Of a stretch of DNA of 64,000 nucleotides, positions 22,423 through 36,404 are shown piece after piece; position 1 is the first letter of the stretch, and each line of letters starts with the position of its first letter. The stretch is from positions 2,005 through 66,004 of the forward strand of contig JANWIC010000016.1 in the NCBI GenBank assembly GCA_025450075.1, given 5' to 3'. The translations under genes and the position numbers were made by a program. The notes under the pieces were generated by a model. The model saw nothing but the letters and a program-made list of their open reading frames with translations. It searched no databases and was not told the DNA's origin. Source of the stretch: Patescibacteria group bacterium. Its GTDB lineage: Bacteria > Patescibacteriota > Dojkabacteria > JAKAPS01.

Positions 22423-25400
22423 ATGGGAGTATTTACTCACTTGCATCTACATACTGAATATTCACTGCTTGACGGAGTATGCCACGTCAAAGAACTTGTT
22501 CCCTATCTCAAAGAGCATGGATTTGATTCCTGCGCAATTACAGACCATGGAGTTATGTATGGCGCATACCAGTTCTATAGCATCTGCAAAGAAAACGGTA
22601 TTAAACCAATTATCGGTTGTGAAATCTATCTTGCAAAAAGAAACAGGCTGGATAAAGATGCACGTAAAGATAGAGGTACCTTTCATATGACACTCCTTGC
22701 AAGAAACCTGGAAGGATACAAAAACCTGTTAAAAATCGTAACGATTGGCCAATTGGAAGGTATGTACTACAAACCACGGGTTGATCATGAGATTTTAAAA
22801 AAATACGGAAGCGGCATTATTGCTACATCAGGCTGTTTAAACGGCCAGATCCCGCGAGCATTGCAAGAGGGAAAGTATAATCAGGCAAAGAAACTTGTTG
22901 AAAAATTCCAGTCATATTTTGGGAAAGAATATTTTTTCATTGAAGTACAACGAAACGGAGTTGAAGATCAAAACAAGGTAAATGTATTGCTGGAACAACT
23001 TGCAATGGAAATGGATATTCCGATAGTTGCAACTTGTGACAGCCATTATATTTATCCTGATGATTATATTACCCAGGAAATATTGTGGTGTGTCGGAGAT
23101 GGAAAAAAATTAAGTGATCCTGATAGAAGAAGATATGAAACTACCGAGTTTTATGTCAAAACTCCGGAAGAAATGGTCGAACTATTCAAGGACCATCCTG
23201 AATATTTGGAAAATACGCAAAAAGTAGTCAGTCTAATTGAAGATTTTGATATAACATTCGGACGGGTTGAACCTGTCTTCAATTCACTTCCGGAAGGAAA
23301 AACAGCAGATTCATATCTGCGTGAACTTGTTTTTGCTGGTGCAAAAAAGCGTTATGGAAATCCTTTACCTAAGCATGTTGAAGAGCGAGTAGAATATGAG
23401 TTAAATCTTATCCACGATAAAAACTATGATAACTATTTCCTTGTTGTTCAAGACTATATCAAATGGGCGAAAGACCATGATATTATGGTCGGTTTCGGCA
23501 GAGGATCGGGAGTCGGATCCGTTGTCGCATATTCTCTTGAAATAACAGATATTGTTGATCCATTGTATTGGAATTTGCCTTTTGAGAGATTTTTAAATCC
23601 GGAGCGTCCGAGTCCACCGGATTTTGATGTTGATTTTGAAGATATCAGACGGGATGAAGTAGTCCAATATATGCGAGAAAAATATGGAGAAAAGAGAGTG
23701 GCAAATATTGCAGCAATAGGTCGAATGAAAACAAAAGCCGCGATACGAGATGTTGCAAGAGTTATGGGAATCGACCTGTCCATTGCAGATAAGTTATCAA
23801 AACTAGTCCCATCACATCAGGGCAAATCTCCACCGATTCAAGAGGCAGTTGATGCTATTCCTGAAATGCAGGAAATTATCAATCAATCACCTGAAGAATT
23901 AAACCAGTTAGTAAAGTATGTTGCAAAAGTTGAAGGGACGGCAAGGCATATTTCCAAACATGCGTGTGGAGTTGTTATCACAACTGGCGATGTTGTGGAA
24001 TTTACCCCATTACAAAAAGAATCACGAAATGCTGAAAGTATTATCACCCAATATGAAGGACCATATCTGGAATCCATTGGATTAATGAAATTCGACTTTC
24101 TTGGTTTATCCAACTTAACACAAATCAAAAACACTATCAGGTCAATCAAAAAAAACAGAGGAGAAATTTTGGATATTAACAATATACCTTTTGATGATGT
24201 GAAAACATATGAAGAGGTATTCCAAAAAGGTGAAACGTTAGGCGTATTCCAGTTTGAATCTGAAGGGATGCGAAAATATTTACGGGATCTTAAACCTGAA
24301 ACCATAGAAGAAATAGCTTTTATGGCTGCTGCCTATCGTCCTGGTCCTATGGCATATATTGAGCCATATATTGATTGTAAGTTCGGGAGGAAAAAGCCTG
24401 AATACTTACATAAAGATTTAATACCGGTACTTGAGGAAACTTACGGCTATCCTATATATCAGGAACAGATTATGCAAATAGCAGTGGTAATGGCAGGCTA
24501 TTCACTTGGAAGAGCAGACATTTTGCGAAAAGCGATGGGAAAGAAAAAAATAGAAGTACTGATGGCAGAACAAGAACCATTTGTAAAAGCGGTTGTAGCA
24601 AAAGGCTATGATGAGGAATTGGCAGTTAAGCTTTTTGACTATATGGTTCCATTTTCCAGCTATGGATTTAACAAAGCGCACAGCGCTTCTTATGCAGTGC
24701 TCGCCTACTTCACTGCATATCTCAAAGCCCACTATTTCCCTGAATATATGTCAGTACTTCTTGAAACTAATCTAGGAGATTTTGAGAAGGTGAACATGAT
24801 TAATGATGAATGCAGGGAAAAAGGAGTAAAGATACTACCGCCAGACGTGAACCTTAGTGATGCTGAATTTCTTATTGAAAATGGGAATATTAGATACGGA
24901 TTATATTCTCTAAAGGGAGGCAGTGCAAAAGCAATGGAGGAGATAATAGCGAAACGAAAATCTGGCCCATATACTGGATTAGAAGATGTATGTATGCGGG
25001 TAGATCTTTCAAAAGTCACTAAGAAAAACTTAGAACTTCTCATTAAATCCGGTAGCATGGATATGTTCGGCAAACGTTCAGCTCTACTTGCTATCTTGCC
25101 GGAGGTTTTTGAAAGGGCGCTGAGTGCAAGGAAAAATAAAGAAAATGGACAGATAAGTTTGTTTGATCAAATGAATGATTTTGAACCTGAAATCTTCAAA
25201 ATCCAACTTCCAAATATTCCTGAATCTAGCGAGAAACTAAGTTGGGAAAAAGAAATTCTAGGGATATATACTTCCTCCCATCCGTTACTTGATTTTACCC
25301 AAATGGCTGATAGAAAAACAGTCATAAAGATTAAAGATTTGAAAGATCAAAAAGGAAAGAAAAATATCAAATCTATTGGTATTATCACTTCATTAAAAAA

Positions 25401-25875
25401 GATCTTAACCAAAAAAGACGGTAAACCAATGGCGTTTGGAGTATTTGAAGATTTAAGCGGAAAAGTTGAACTTGTCATATTTCCAAATACATACGAAAAA
25501 TGCAGAGATAAGTTGCTTGTTGATGTTCCTGTTATTGTGAAAGGAAGTGTTGATGTGAAGACTAATCTTGATAAAAATGAAGAAGTAAAGTTCTTCCTAG
25601 AAGATATAGCTCAGCTTGATGATAAATTTCGGGATAAAGAACAGAAAATGACCCTGAAAGGTAAAATGATTATAGTGAATGTAAAACCTGATACAAACCT
25701 GTTGGCAAAACTTAAAGAGCTCATTAAAATGAATCCGGGTACAAGTGCAGTAAAGCTGTTAATTTCAAACAACGGAAATACTTCTGAGTTAATGCTTAAA
25801 GATAAAGTGAGCATTACTGACCTATTTCTAAAAGAATTATCTGCGGTTTCTGGTGCTGAATACAGCATCGAATAG
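22423..25875 (+). CDS. dnaE: DNA polymerase III alpha subunit
   Basis: PHP motif HLHLHTEYSLLDG, GRGSG, PDFDVDF, KFDFLGL, YGFNKAHS, OB fold. Confidence 0.98.
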   Translation: MGVFTHLHLHTEYSLLDGVCHVKELVPYLKEHGFDSCAITDHGVMYGAYQFYSICKENGIKPIIGCEIYLAKRNRLDKDARKDRGTFHMTLLARNLEGYKNLLKIVTIGQLEGMYYKPRVDHEILKKYGSGIIATSGCLNGQIPRALQEGKYNQAKKLVEKFQSYFGKEYFFIEVQRNGVEDQNKVNVLLEQLAMEMDIPIVATCDSHYIYPDDYITQEILWCVGDGKKLSDPDRRRYETTEFYVKTPEEMVELFKDHPEYLENTQKVVSLIEDFDITFGRVEPVFNSLPEGKTADSYLRELVFAGAKKRYGNPLPKHVEERVEYELNLIHDKNYDNYFLVVQDYIKWAKDHDIMVGFGRGSGVGSVVAYSLEITDIVDPLYWNLPFERFLNPERPSPPDFDVDFEDIRRDEVVQYMREKYGEKRVANIAAIGRMKTKAAIRDVARVMGIDLSIADKLSKLVPSHQGKSPPIQEAVDAIPEMQEIINQSPEELNQLVKYVAKVEGTARHISKHACGVVITTGDVVEFTPLQKESRNAESIITQYEGPYLESIGLMKFDFLGLSNLTQIKNTIRSIKKNRGEILDINNIPFDDVKTYEEVFQKGETLGVFQFESEGMRKYLRDLKPETIEEIAFMAAAYRPGPMAYIEPYIDCKFGRKKPEYLHKDLIPVLEETYGYPIYQEQIMQIAVVMAGYSLGRADILRKAMGKKKIEVLMAEQEPFVKAVVAKGYDEELAVKLFDYMVPFSSYGFNKAHSASYAVLAYFTAYLKAHYFPEYMSVLLETNLGDFEKVNMINDECREKGVKILPPDVNLSDAEFLIENGNIRYGLYSLKGGSAKAMEEIIAKRKSGPYTGLEDVCMRVDLSKVTKKNLELLIKSGSMDMFGKRSALLAILPEVFERALSARKNKENGQISLFDQMNDFEPEIFKIQLPNIPESSEKLSWEKEILGIYTSSHPLLDFTQMADRKTVIKIKDLKDQKGKKNIKSIGIITSLKKILTKKDGKPMAFGVFEDLSGKVELVIFPNTYEKCRDKLLVDVPVIVKGSVDVKTNLDKNEEVKFFLEDIAQLDDKFRDKEQKMTLKGKMIIVNVKPDTNLLAKLKELIKMNPGTSAVKLLISNNGNTSELMLKDKVSITDLFLKELSAVSGAEYSIE

Positions 25876-25929
25876 CTATTGAATTTCCCTATAATCCGTA
25901 CTATAATGCCATTGGCAAATGTATATAAT

Positions 25930-27372
25930 ATGGCAATCGAAGCATCCGATCAACAACATAACATCCCCGAAATGCTAATTGTTGCAATACCTGGGAGTGG
26001 TATTACAACTTTGTGTATTATCGGTCCAAAAAGAGGTGATAGTCAGTGTGAAGACGTAATTGTAAAGGCTGTAACTCCAACCGCTCATGCTTGTGGAGTA
26101 ATTGATGTTATCAGCGGAAATAGCGAGGAATATGGTGTATTCCCAGGCACTATTCTTGCAGAACATTTCAGGAATGTTGTTGGCTCATTACCCCATGGTT
26201 TTTGGCAAAATTCACCACGAGACATTCAAGCATATTTAAGAAGAGCATTTGGGGTAGCAGATAAAGACGCATATAGAAGATTTAATACAATTGATGATAA
26301 ACCAATTGAACGTGAAAAAGGATTAGTTGGTGCAGTTGGAACTTTTTTAATTTATTCTCAACTTGAGGGGAAAATTATACGTGCAGAAGTTTCGGCAGGA
26401 GATTGTAGGAGATTAACTATATATCCGTTTACTGAAAGTAATTTGTTTCTTGAAGATGGATATATAAAAGCATGCTGCAGAGAATATCTAAAAGGTATGG
26501 ATTCTGAAGAAGTTGAAGTAATAACACGCGAGTTGCAAGCTGCGCTAAATGAATACTATTACGGACAGGATAAACTTGTTCCATGGATGGAATTATCGGT
26601 AAGAAGATTTATTGCTGCGTGTAAAAAACAGGGGATAAAAGTATTCGAAGGAATTAAACTTCATGAAGATGAAAAAACAGCTATTGCAATAATGAATCAG
26701 TTATTTAAAAATAGAAATCTTGTTGAAACGGCATTCGGCTTTGGTAATATAGAAGAACGTGGAAATGTAAATGTCGAATTAATTGATCGAAATCAGTATA
26801 GATTAGAAATAATGGCATCTGACGGGTTATGGGATTTGTTTCCGGAATCATTAGTTCGCGCAGTACTCCGATCTCCTTTTAGTGTGCAAAAAAAACTCTC
26901 GCTTATCTATGAAATGATCAAAATTGAAAGAGATTTAAGAAAACGGAAAGCAAAAGATGATGATTTTGTGGTGGCAATAACTGAAATCAACCCGTATTTT
27001 AGGCCATATTTAGGAAGCGTTGATGTGCAAGAATTATTAAATCAAAGCAATATTGCATATTATCTTGATGGAATGGTTGTAGATGGTAGAACTATCATGT
27101 ATAACAGTCCTGAATATGATGGATTGGTTGCTCAAGTTATAGAAAAAAGGATACAAAATGTCGAATCAATCAATGAATTAGCAGCTGCAATTGATCGTAT
27201 AGAAATTATTCCAAGTACCTCAACTATATGGCGATTTTTAACAGCAAATGAAGTTATTAACTTAATAAAAATTGCAATAAATGATCCTAAAAGGCGTCAA
27301 GATGCAATTAATGCAATCCCACGATCTTATGGGATAAGGCAGCGTTTTATGGATTTATTAGAAATAGAGTAA
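25930..27372 (+). CDS. Divergent PP2C/PPM-type phosphatase-like protein with extra C-terminal domain
   Basis: GVIDVISG, SAGDCR, MASDGLWD and KDDD match PP2C motifs; promoter TTGAAT-17-TATAAT at 25879-25907. Confidence 0.65.
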   Translation: MAIEASDQQHNIPEMLIVAIPGSGITTLCIIGPKRGDSQCEDVIVKAVTPTAHACGVIDVISGNSEEYGVFPGTILAEHFRNVVGSLPHGFWQNSPRDIQAYLRRAFGVADKDAYRRFNTIDDKPIEREKGLVGAVGTFLIYSQLEGKIIRAEVSAGDCRRLTIYPFTESNLFLEDGYIKACCREYLKGMDSEEVEVITRELQAALNEYYYGQDKLVPWMELSVRRFIAACKKQGIKVFEGIKLHEDEKTAIAIMNQLFKNRNLVETAFGFGNIEERGNVNVELIDRNQYRLEIMASDGLWDLFPESLVRAVLRSPFSVQKKLSLIYEMIKIERDLRKRKAKDDDFVVAITEINPYFRPYLGSVDVQELLNQSNIAYYLDGMVVDGRTIMYNSPEYDGLVAQVIEKRIQNVESINELAAAIDRIEIIPSTSTIWRFLTANEVINLIKIAINDPKRRQDAINAIPRSYGIRQRFMDLLEIE

Positions 27373-27966
27373 CTTCTTAACAGGTTTGTAACTCTTTCGA
27401 TGAATTGGAGATATGCCATATTTTTGCAGCATTTCCAAATGCAATTTTGTTCCGTATCCCTTATGTTTTGCAAATCCATATGCTGGATAAAGTTTATCCA
27501 ATTCAATCATAATCTCATCCCTTGTATGTTTCGCAATAATAGATGCCGATGCAATTGCATACAGTAGCGCATCTCCGTCAATGACTGATTTTGCATGATC
27601 TGGAAATGTAGAAGGAGGAAAGTATCCGTCAATGAATGTTATCGTTGTCGGAAGTTTTGATATAATTGTATTCATTCCTTTCGTTACAGCCTTCCCTATC
27701 CCTATCTTATCAATTTCTTCTGGTTCAATAATTACTACTTCATATGTATATTGTGCTATTAATTGATTATATAATTCTTTACGTTTTTTTTCCGATATCT
27801 TTTTTGAATCATCTATTCCGTCTACGACTGGTGAGTTTGGGGTCAGAATGACTCCTGCAATGACCACTGGACCGGCCCAGGGGCCTCTTCCAGCTTCATC
27901 AATACCTAGAATTGTGTTAGTGGCTACTGAACTCAAAATTGCTTGTTCGTTTGGATGAAAATGCAT
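27358..27966 (-). CDS. rnhB: Ribonuclease HII
   Basis: GIDEAGRGPWAGPV, DSKK, AASIIAK-like motif, HKGYGT, HRKSY; exact start uncertain. Confidence 0.96.
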   Translation of the reverse strand: MHFHPNEQAILSSVATNTILGIDEAGRGPWAGPVVIAGVILTPNSPVVDGIDDSKKISEKKRKELYNQLIAQYTYEVVIIEPEEIDKIGIGKAVTKGMNTIISKLPTTITFIDGYFPPSTFPDHAKSVIDGDALLYAIASASIIAKHTRDEIMIELDKLYPAYGFAKHKGYGTKLHLEMLQKYGISPIHRKSYKPVKKLLYF

Positions 27967-28046
27967 AAAAAAAATCATATCATCCCCATGATATGATTCC
28001 TTAGACACACAAGGCAAGTAGAAACTAGATACCTTGGTTGGTTGGC

Positions 28047-28394
28047 TTATTTAGCTTTAATAAACATTGCTTTCTTACCAATTCTTTCTCTCATGTAATA
28101 CAACTTTGCTCTTCGTACACTTCCAGTCTTGATGACATCAATTTTTGCAATGTTTGGTGAATGAAGTGGAAAGATTTTCTCTACTCCAATTCCATTACTG
28201 ATTCTTCTCACGGTAAAAGTCTTTCTTGTTCCTGATCCTTTAATAGCTAGGACAATACCTTCAAATAACTGAATTCGTTGCTTTTCTCCCTCAATAATTT
28301 TTGTGTGCACTTTAATCGTATCTCCAACTGAGAATGCAGGAAGATTTTCCTTTAAATATCCTTGTTCAATTTTAGATAGTAATATCGTATTCAT
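28047..28394 (-). CDS. rplS: 50S ribosomal protein L19
   Basis: [29 protein letters not shown]. Confidence 0.98.
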   Translation of the reverse strand: MNTILLSKIEQGYLKENLPAFSVGDTIKVHTKIIEGEKQRIQLFEGIVLAIKGSGTRKTFTVRRISNGIGVEKIFPLHSPNIAKIDVIKTGSVRRAKLYYMRERIGKKAMFIKAK

Positions 28395-28400
28395 AGGTTT

Positions 28401-28688
28401 TTATTTATGTGTTATTGTAGTACTTTGTTCAACAATATCGACAAAGCGTCGTGCATGTACTTTTCCAGGAAGTGTTCTAAATTGAACGATTCCTTCTTTA
28501 AGGGCAAAAAGTGTAAAATCTCTTCCGATTCCAACATTTCTTCCTTTATGGAATTGTGTTCCTTTTTGTCTGACAATAATGCTGCCTGCTTTAGCAAGCT
28601 GGCCTGCATACAATTTAATTCCTCTTCGTTTTCCCGGTACATTGCCTCCTTGTCGAACTTTTCCGGCTCCGGCTTTTACGTGTGACAT
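28401..28688 (-). CDS. rpmA: 50S ribosomal protein L27
   Basis: [27 protein letters not shown]. Confidence 0.97.
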   Translation of the reverse strand: MSHVKAGAGKVRQGGNVPGKRRGIKLYAGQLAKAGSIIVRQKGTQFHKGRNVGIGRDFTLFALKEGIVQFRTLPGKVHARRFVDIVEQSTTITHK

Positions 28689-28689
28689 G

Positions 28690-29595
28690 TTATAGTTTTT
28701 CTAATATAAATATATCCCGTAGCACAACTGCTTTCGGTCTAAAATATAATAAATCCGGGCTTTTGTCAATATCGAGCGTATCTAATAGATTCACTCGTTT
28801 AAAACTGAATCTGTTAAATCTCTCGCTTATTTCCAGTTTTGCAATACCTTTCATTGTTTTAAACTGAGGAATAATAATGACTATTCTTCTCCCTGGCTCA
28901 AGTATTGCTGAAGCATTCTTGATTGCCGATGAAATAAGTTCATTTACCTTTTTCAGATTCTGATTATCTTGTGACCCCATCCTTAAAGGTTTATGAACTG
29001 GTTTTCCAAGATATGGTTCGGTGACAATTGCATCAATATGTTTTGATCGAAGCAACTGTGTATCTAAATATCTGACATCAGAGATAAAAAATTCGTCTTC
29101 GATATGTGAAAGACCATATTCTGACCTAACCCACTTTGCATTCGTCTTTGCATCATCTACTGTTTTTTTATCAACATCAGATCCGATTCCATGAATTCCT
29201 AATACATTTGCCTCCGTTATTATTGTTCCTCCACCGCAAAAGGGGTCATATAATCTTTTGACTCCATGTTTTGTATAAGAGAGATTTATGAGCATCTTCG
29301 CTAATTTTGAAGGAAGAAGGCCTGATTTAGGATCAACTCTGGGTTTTTTAAATTCACGCTTCTTATATTGTTTAATATTAGGGGTAAATATTTCACCCGT
29401 ACTAATATCCTCAATTGCGCGTGTTCCCCCAAGAATCTGGATGAAAACCTCAGGATTTATATATTTTATTTCAATGTGCAATGCTGTAAGATCTGTAGAC
29501 AATACTTTATATAGTATTGATTCAGATTCTAAAACATTTAAAATTTCAGCGAGTGACAAAAATGGATGTGACCCAAGCTGAAGTATATACTCCAT
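28690..29595 (-). CDS. SAM-dependent amino-methyltransferase, Trm11/UPF0020-like
   Basis: [31 protein letters not shown] (DPPY-like). Confidence 0.8.
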   Translation of the reverse strand: MEYILQLGSHPFLSLAEILNVLESESILYKVLSTDLTALHIEIKYINPEVFIQILGGTRAIEDISTGEIFTPNIKQYKKREFKKPRVDPKSGLLPSKLAKMLINLSYTKHGVKRLYDPFCGGGTIITEANVLGIHGIGSDVDKKTVDDAKTNAKWVRSEYGLSHIEDEFFISDVRYLDTQLLRSKHIDAIVTEPYLGKPVHKPLRMGSQDNQNLKKVNELISSAIKNASAILEPGRRIVIIIPQFKTMKGIAKLEISERFNRFSFKRVNLLDTLDIDKSPDLLYFRPKAVVLRDIFILEKL

Positions 29596-29897
29596 TAAAT
29601 GCTTTTTATTTCAATTAGGCTATATGTCTGCCTATGTCCAATATGTCTTCGATGTCGTGATTTTGCTTTAAATGTTCGAATATGTATCTTTTCACCTTTT
29701 ACTTCTTTTACGACAGATGCCTTTACTGTAGTCTTTAATAATGGCTTGCCAATAGTAATTTTACCACCTTTGCTCGTCATTAGAGTTTCAAGTTCCAACA
29801 CATCCTTCGGGTCTTTTATCTTCTCTATTTCAATAGTATCACCAACGCCTACTCGGTATTGCTTCCCTCCGCTTTGTACAATTGCAAAATCTGCCAT
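29595..29897 (-). CDS. rplU: 50S ribosomal protein L21
   Basis: FAIVQSGGKQYRV, GHRQTYS. Confidence 0.97.
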   Translation of the reverse strand: MADFAIVQSGGKQYRVGVGDTIEIEKIKDPKDVLELETLMTSKGGKITIGKPLLKTTVKASVVKEVKGEKIHIRTFKAKSRHRRHIGHRQTYSLIEIKSI

Positions 29898-29957
29898 ATA
29901 TGTATGAATTAAAGTCCAATGGATTATAGCATAGGATCCGGATTAATCGCAACTAGG

Positions 29958-30389
29958 TTATTCAGGGATATTATTGGGGTGAGGAGTAGTTGTCTTGAAT
30001 TTCTTTGCAGTCGCAATATGCAGGTTTGCCAACTTAATTTGGGCTTTCAATCTCATGATCTCCACGTTATTATCAATTTCTTTAATTAATGCTTCTGCGC
30101 GTTCCTTTGCCTCCTGAGCACGCTGCAAGTCAATATCTCTTGGATGGATTACTTCATCAAGGAGTACGTCTGTTTCTCCTTCCTTAACGTAAAGAAATCC
30201 TTCTGATATTGCGTATTCCTGTGTTTTACCATCTTTCATATATCGCAATATGCCAGGATGCACCCGAGAAATATATGGGGCATGATTAGGTAAAATCACT
30301 TCTTCCCCTTCATCAGTAATAAGGGAAAGATAGGTTGATTCTCCTGTAAATATAACTTTTTCCGGCGTTGCAATAGTTAGTTGAAACAT
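29958..30389 (-). CDS. atpC: ATP synthase epsilon subunit
   Basis: IATPEK, ILPNHAP, C-terminal helical hairpin; operon position. Confidence 0.93.
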   Translation of the reverse strand: MFQLTIATPEKVIFTGESTYLSLITDEGEEVILPNHAPYISRVHPGILRYMKDGKTQEYAISEGFLYVKEGETDVLLDEVIHPRDIDLQRAQEAKERAEALIKEIDNNVEIMRLKAQIKLANLHIATAKKFKTTTPHPNNIPE

Positions 30390-30390
30390 A

Positions 30391-32725
<2,335 letters not shown>

Positions 32726-32726
<1 letters not shown>

Positions 32727-34264
32727 TATACTGTATAATTTTGTGTATATTCTGCAACTATTTTTTTAGTCTTTTCCAATAACTCATCGCTGAATGCTTT
32801 CTTTTCCTGCAGTTCATCTATAATATCTTTATGCTGCGCTTCAAAAAACATGATAAGATCATGCTCATAATCATGGATTTTTTCAATTGGGAGAGAATCG
32901 AGATAGCCATTAACTCCTGCGAGTATGATTAATACCTGATAAACAACACCCATTGTCTGGTATTGTTTTTGTTTTAAAATTTCTGTTAATCTCGCCCCCC
33001 GGTCAAGCAGTGCTTTTGTTGCTGGGTCAAGGTCTGATCCGAATTGAGCAAATGCTGCCATATCTCGAAATTGTGCCATATCCAGCTTTAGCTTTCCTGC
33101 TACCTGCTTCATTGCCTTTATTTGTGCTGCACTACCTACTCGAGAAACGGATACTCCTACATTTACTGCAGGCCGCATTCCTGAATAGAAAAGGTCAGAT
33201 TCAAGAAATATCTGACCATCCGTAATGGAAATTAGGTTTGTCGGAATATATGCGCTCACATCTCCGGCTTGGGTTTCAATAATTGGTAATGCAGTGAGAG
33301 ATCCTCCACCGAATTTTTCATCTAATCTTGCAGCTCTTTCAAGTAGTCTAGAGTGAAGATAGAAAATATCTCCAGGATACGCTTCACGTCCTGATGGACG
33401 ACGCAAAAGGAGAGAAATCTGTCTGTAAGCCCATGCGTGTTTTGTTAAATCATCATATACTACCAATGCATCCATGCCATTATCTCTGAAATATTCACCC
33501 ATTGTGCATGCTGCATAAGGGGCTAAATATTGAAAAGTTACAGGATCAGATGCGGATGCACTAACGATAATGGTGTAATCCATTGCATGGTTCTTTTCAA
33601 GGATTGCAGCGGTTTGTGCAATCTTTGATGTCTTTTGTCCGATAGCGCAATAGATACAAATTACAGGTTTTTGTCCGCTTTCTTTTGCGGCTTTTCCCTG
33701 ATTAATAATGGTATCGATGACGAGTGCTGTTTTACCGGTTGCACGATCACCGATTACAAGCTCACGCTGACCTCTTCCAATTGGAATAATTGCATCAATC
33801 ACTTTAATTCCAGTTTGTAATGGTTCTGTTACTCCTTTTCTCGTAATGACACCAGGTGCAATTTTTTCCAAAGGGGAGGTTTGTTTTGTCTGCACATCTC
33901 CTTTGCCATCAATAGGTAAGCCGAGAGGCGATACAACACGTCCGACTAGGTTTTCACCTACGGGAACTGAAAGGATCTTTCCGGTAGATCTGATTTCATC
34001 ACCTTGTTCAATATGAATATCGCTTCCTAGAACAATAATCCCCACTGATCCTTCCTCTAAGTTTAATGCAAGACCTTCAATTTGATCTCCGCCTTTTGTT
34101 TGAACAGTAACAATTTCACCATACATAACATGGGATAATCCCGAAGCAATAATAATACCATCCCCCACTTCCTCAACATATCCGATATTGCTCATATCTG
34201 GATTATTTCTTGTTTGTGCAATTGTTTGTTGAATCTGTCCTAAAATTTCTTCTGTTTGTGTCAT
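32726..34264 (-). CDS. atpA: ATP synthase alpha subunit
   Basis: [23 protein letters not shown]. Confidence 0.99.
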
Positions 34265-34656
34265 GATGTATAGTATGTAAGGTAACGTTTAATTGTATTA
34301 TCAATAATATCCCAACCTGATTGCACTTTTATACCTGCAATAACATCGGGATCTTGTGAAAATGTAATATATTTCTTTTTAAATCTTTTTTTTAATGTTT
34401 CATCAAATATTCGCATTTCATGGGTAGGAATTTCAATTGCAGTTGTAACACTTACACTATCCTCAATGAATGCATTCTTTATCCCCCTCCTGTAATATTG
34501 TAGAAGAGGAACAACATATGTCTTTTCAATAATATCACCTTTTTGTATTGATAAAAGAATTTGCTGTACTTTTTCCAAATCAATATGTCCTGATTGATCC
34601 AAAGAATGCATGGATAATGATTTCGCTAATTGTTGAATTTCCTTTTTAGATCTCAT
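34261..34656 (-). CDS. atpH: ATP synthase delta subunit (short)
   Basis: VTTA...[27 protein letters not shown]-terminal motif; operon position. Confidence 0.85.
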   Translation of the reverse strand: MRSKKEIQQLAKSLSMHSLDQSGHIDLEKVQQILLSIQKGDIIEKTYVVPLLQYYRRGIKNAFIEDSVSVTTAIEIPTHEMRIFDETLKKRFKKKYITFSQDPDVIAGIKVQSGWDIIDNTIKRYLTYYTS

Positions 34657-35147
34657 GAAATTTCTTCTATTGTCTTATGTAATATCTTCTCCTGTTCTTC
34701 TTGTGTAAGGCTTCCTTTTAATGTTTTTGATAATGCAGTTCCAATTAAGGAAGAAATATCACCTTTGATTTGTGCAAACATAGCATTTTTCTCAAGTGAA
34801 ATTTCTTCCCTTGCCTTTTGGATTATTCTATCTGCTTCATCTTTTGCTTCTATTTGAAGTTTTTTAGCAATGATTTCACTTTGTTCGATTGCCTGTTGGA
34901 TAATCCTTTGAGATTCCAACTGCGCTTCATGCAGTACTTTTCGCTGCTGTTCTTCAGCATCTTGCTTTTGTTTTGCGATTAATTCTGAATCCTTAATGGT
35001 TTGTTCAACCATCTGGCGTCTTTTATCAAGAACACGAAGTACAGGCTTATACACAAAAATTCTCAAAATGATCAGAAGAAGCAAAAAGTTTATTGTTGCC
35101 TCAATAAGTTGTATCCAATTAACTCCAAAATTACTTAAAATTTGCAT
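34653..35147 (-). CDS. atpF: ATP synthase b subunit
   Basis: INFLLLLIILRIFVYKP followed by coiled coil. Confidence 0.95.
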   Translation of the reverse strand: MQILSNFGVNWIQLIEATINFLLLLIILRIFVYKPVLRVLDKRRQMVEQTIKDSELIAKQKQDAEEQQRKVLHEAQLESQRIIQQAIEQSEIIAKKLQIEAKDEADRIIQKAREEISLEKNAMFAQIKGDISSLIGTALSKTLKGSLTQEEQEKILHKTIEEIS

Positions 35148-35163
35148 AAAAATATTTCAAAAA

Positions 35164-35376
<213 letters not shown>

Positions 35377-35390
35377 TCACCTCCTGTAAC

Positions 35391-36125
35391 TTAATGTAGT
35401 TTTTGCGTTAATATACTTGTAAATGCAAGGGTTAACATGGCAAACACTGCAGCCTGTACAAACCCAACAACAATCTCCAGCCCCATAAATGGTAACGGTA
35501 GTAATAATCCGACAAGACTTGAGAATGTTAAGATAACAATATCACCAGCTAAAATATTTCCATATAACCGGAAAGATAGCGAAATGACTTTTGTAAATTC
35601 TGAAACCAATTCTAATATACCAACAAAAAGATTAATTGGATTTAGACTGAAATATCGTTTTAAATGTTCTACAATTCCCACATACTTGATTGCATAATAT
35701 TGTGTTGCAACTGTTGATATGATAGCAAGTGCAAGTGTAATATTCAAATCACTATTTACCGGTTTTAGTAAAGGAGTAAAAACACCTTTCCCATGCGTAA
35801 ATGAATCAAAAAAACCTACTGTATTAAAGATTGGGAGTAACCCAAACCAGTTTGAAATCAAAATAAAAAGGAAAAATGTTGCAATAAGCGGGAAGAAGTC
35901 CCTTGTCTTCCTATCTTCCCCAACCGTCTCTTGAGCGGTATTGAACATGAATTCAATAATGAACTCTATAATATTTTGAAATTTCCCAGGTATTAAAGAT
36001 ACCTTTCTTGAAAACACATATCCTGTAATGATTAAGAACAAAGATGCAATAAGTGTAGCAAGAAACGTATTTGTAATTGGTATATTCCCTATGTATGCGA
36101 TTTTATCCGCAGTAATCTCTAACAT
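35391..36125 (-). CDS. atpB: ATP synthase a subunit
   Basis: SNWFGLLP, SLSFRLYGNI, VQAAVFAML. Confidence 0.97.
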   Translation of the reverse strand: MLEITADKIAYIGNIPITNTFLATLIASLFLIITGYVFSRKVSLIPGKFQNIIEFIIEFMFNTAQETVGEDRKTRDFFPLIATFFLFILISNWFGLLPIFNTVGFFDSFTHGKGVFTPLLKPVNSDLNITLALAIISTVATQYYAIKYVGIVEHLKRYFSLNPINLFVGILELVSEFTKVISLSFRLYGNILAGDIVILTFSSLVGLLLPLPFMGLEIVVGFVQAAVFAMLTLAFTSILTQKLH

Positions 36126-36404
36126 GAATTCATTTAAACAAACGGCTACGTATTATACCATAAAAGTATTTGTTAGCAAATAATATATACGTGCAAGATA
36201 TACATACATATTCCAACTATGGTTCATACGTTGTCTTTTCAATTAAAGTATACTATACTAACTCATCTAAATACTATCCATATGTCTGAATTACGTAAGA
36301 ATTTATCATTAGTGAAATTTCAGGAAGAAATGGAATGTATTTATTCCCTGCGAATGTTTCTAAATGTAGCAGTAATTTCCAATTCATATCATTGTTTTTA
36401 AATC

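Noticed and set aside
22423..25875. Intein in DnaE (also considered for NrdA)
   Set aside because: Lengths are ordinary and no Hint-type C/S...HN-C/S junctions are evident.
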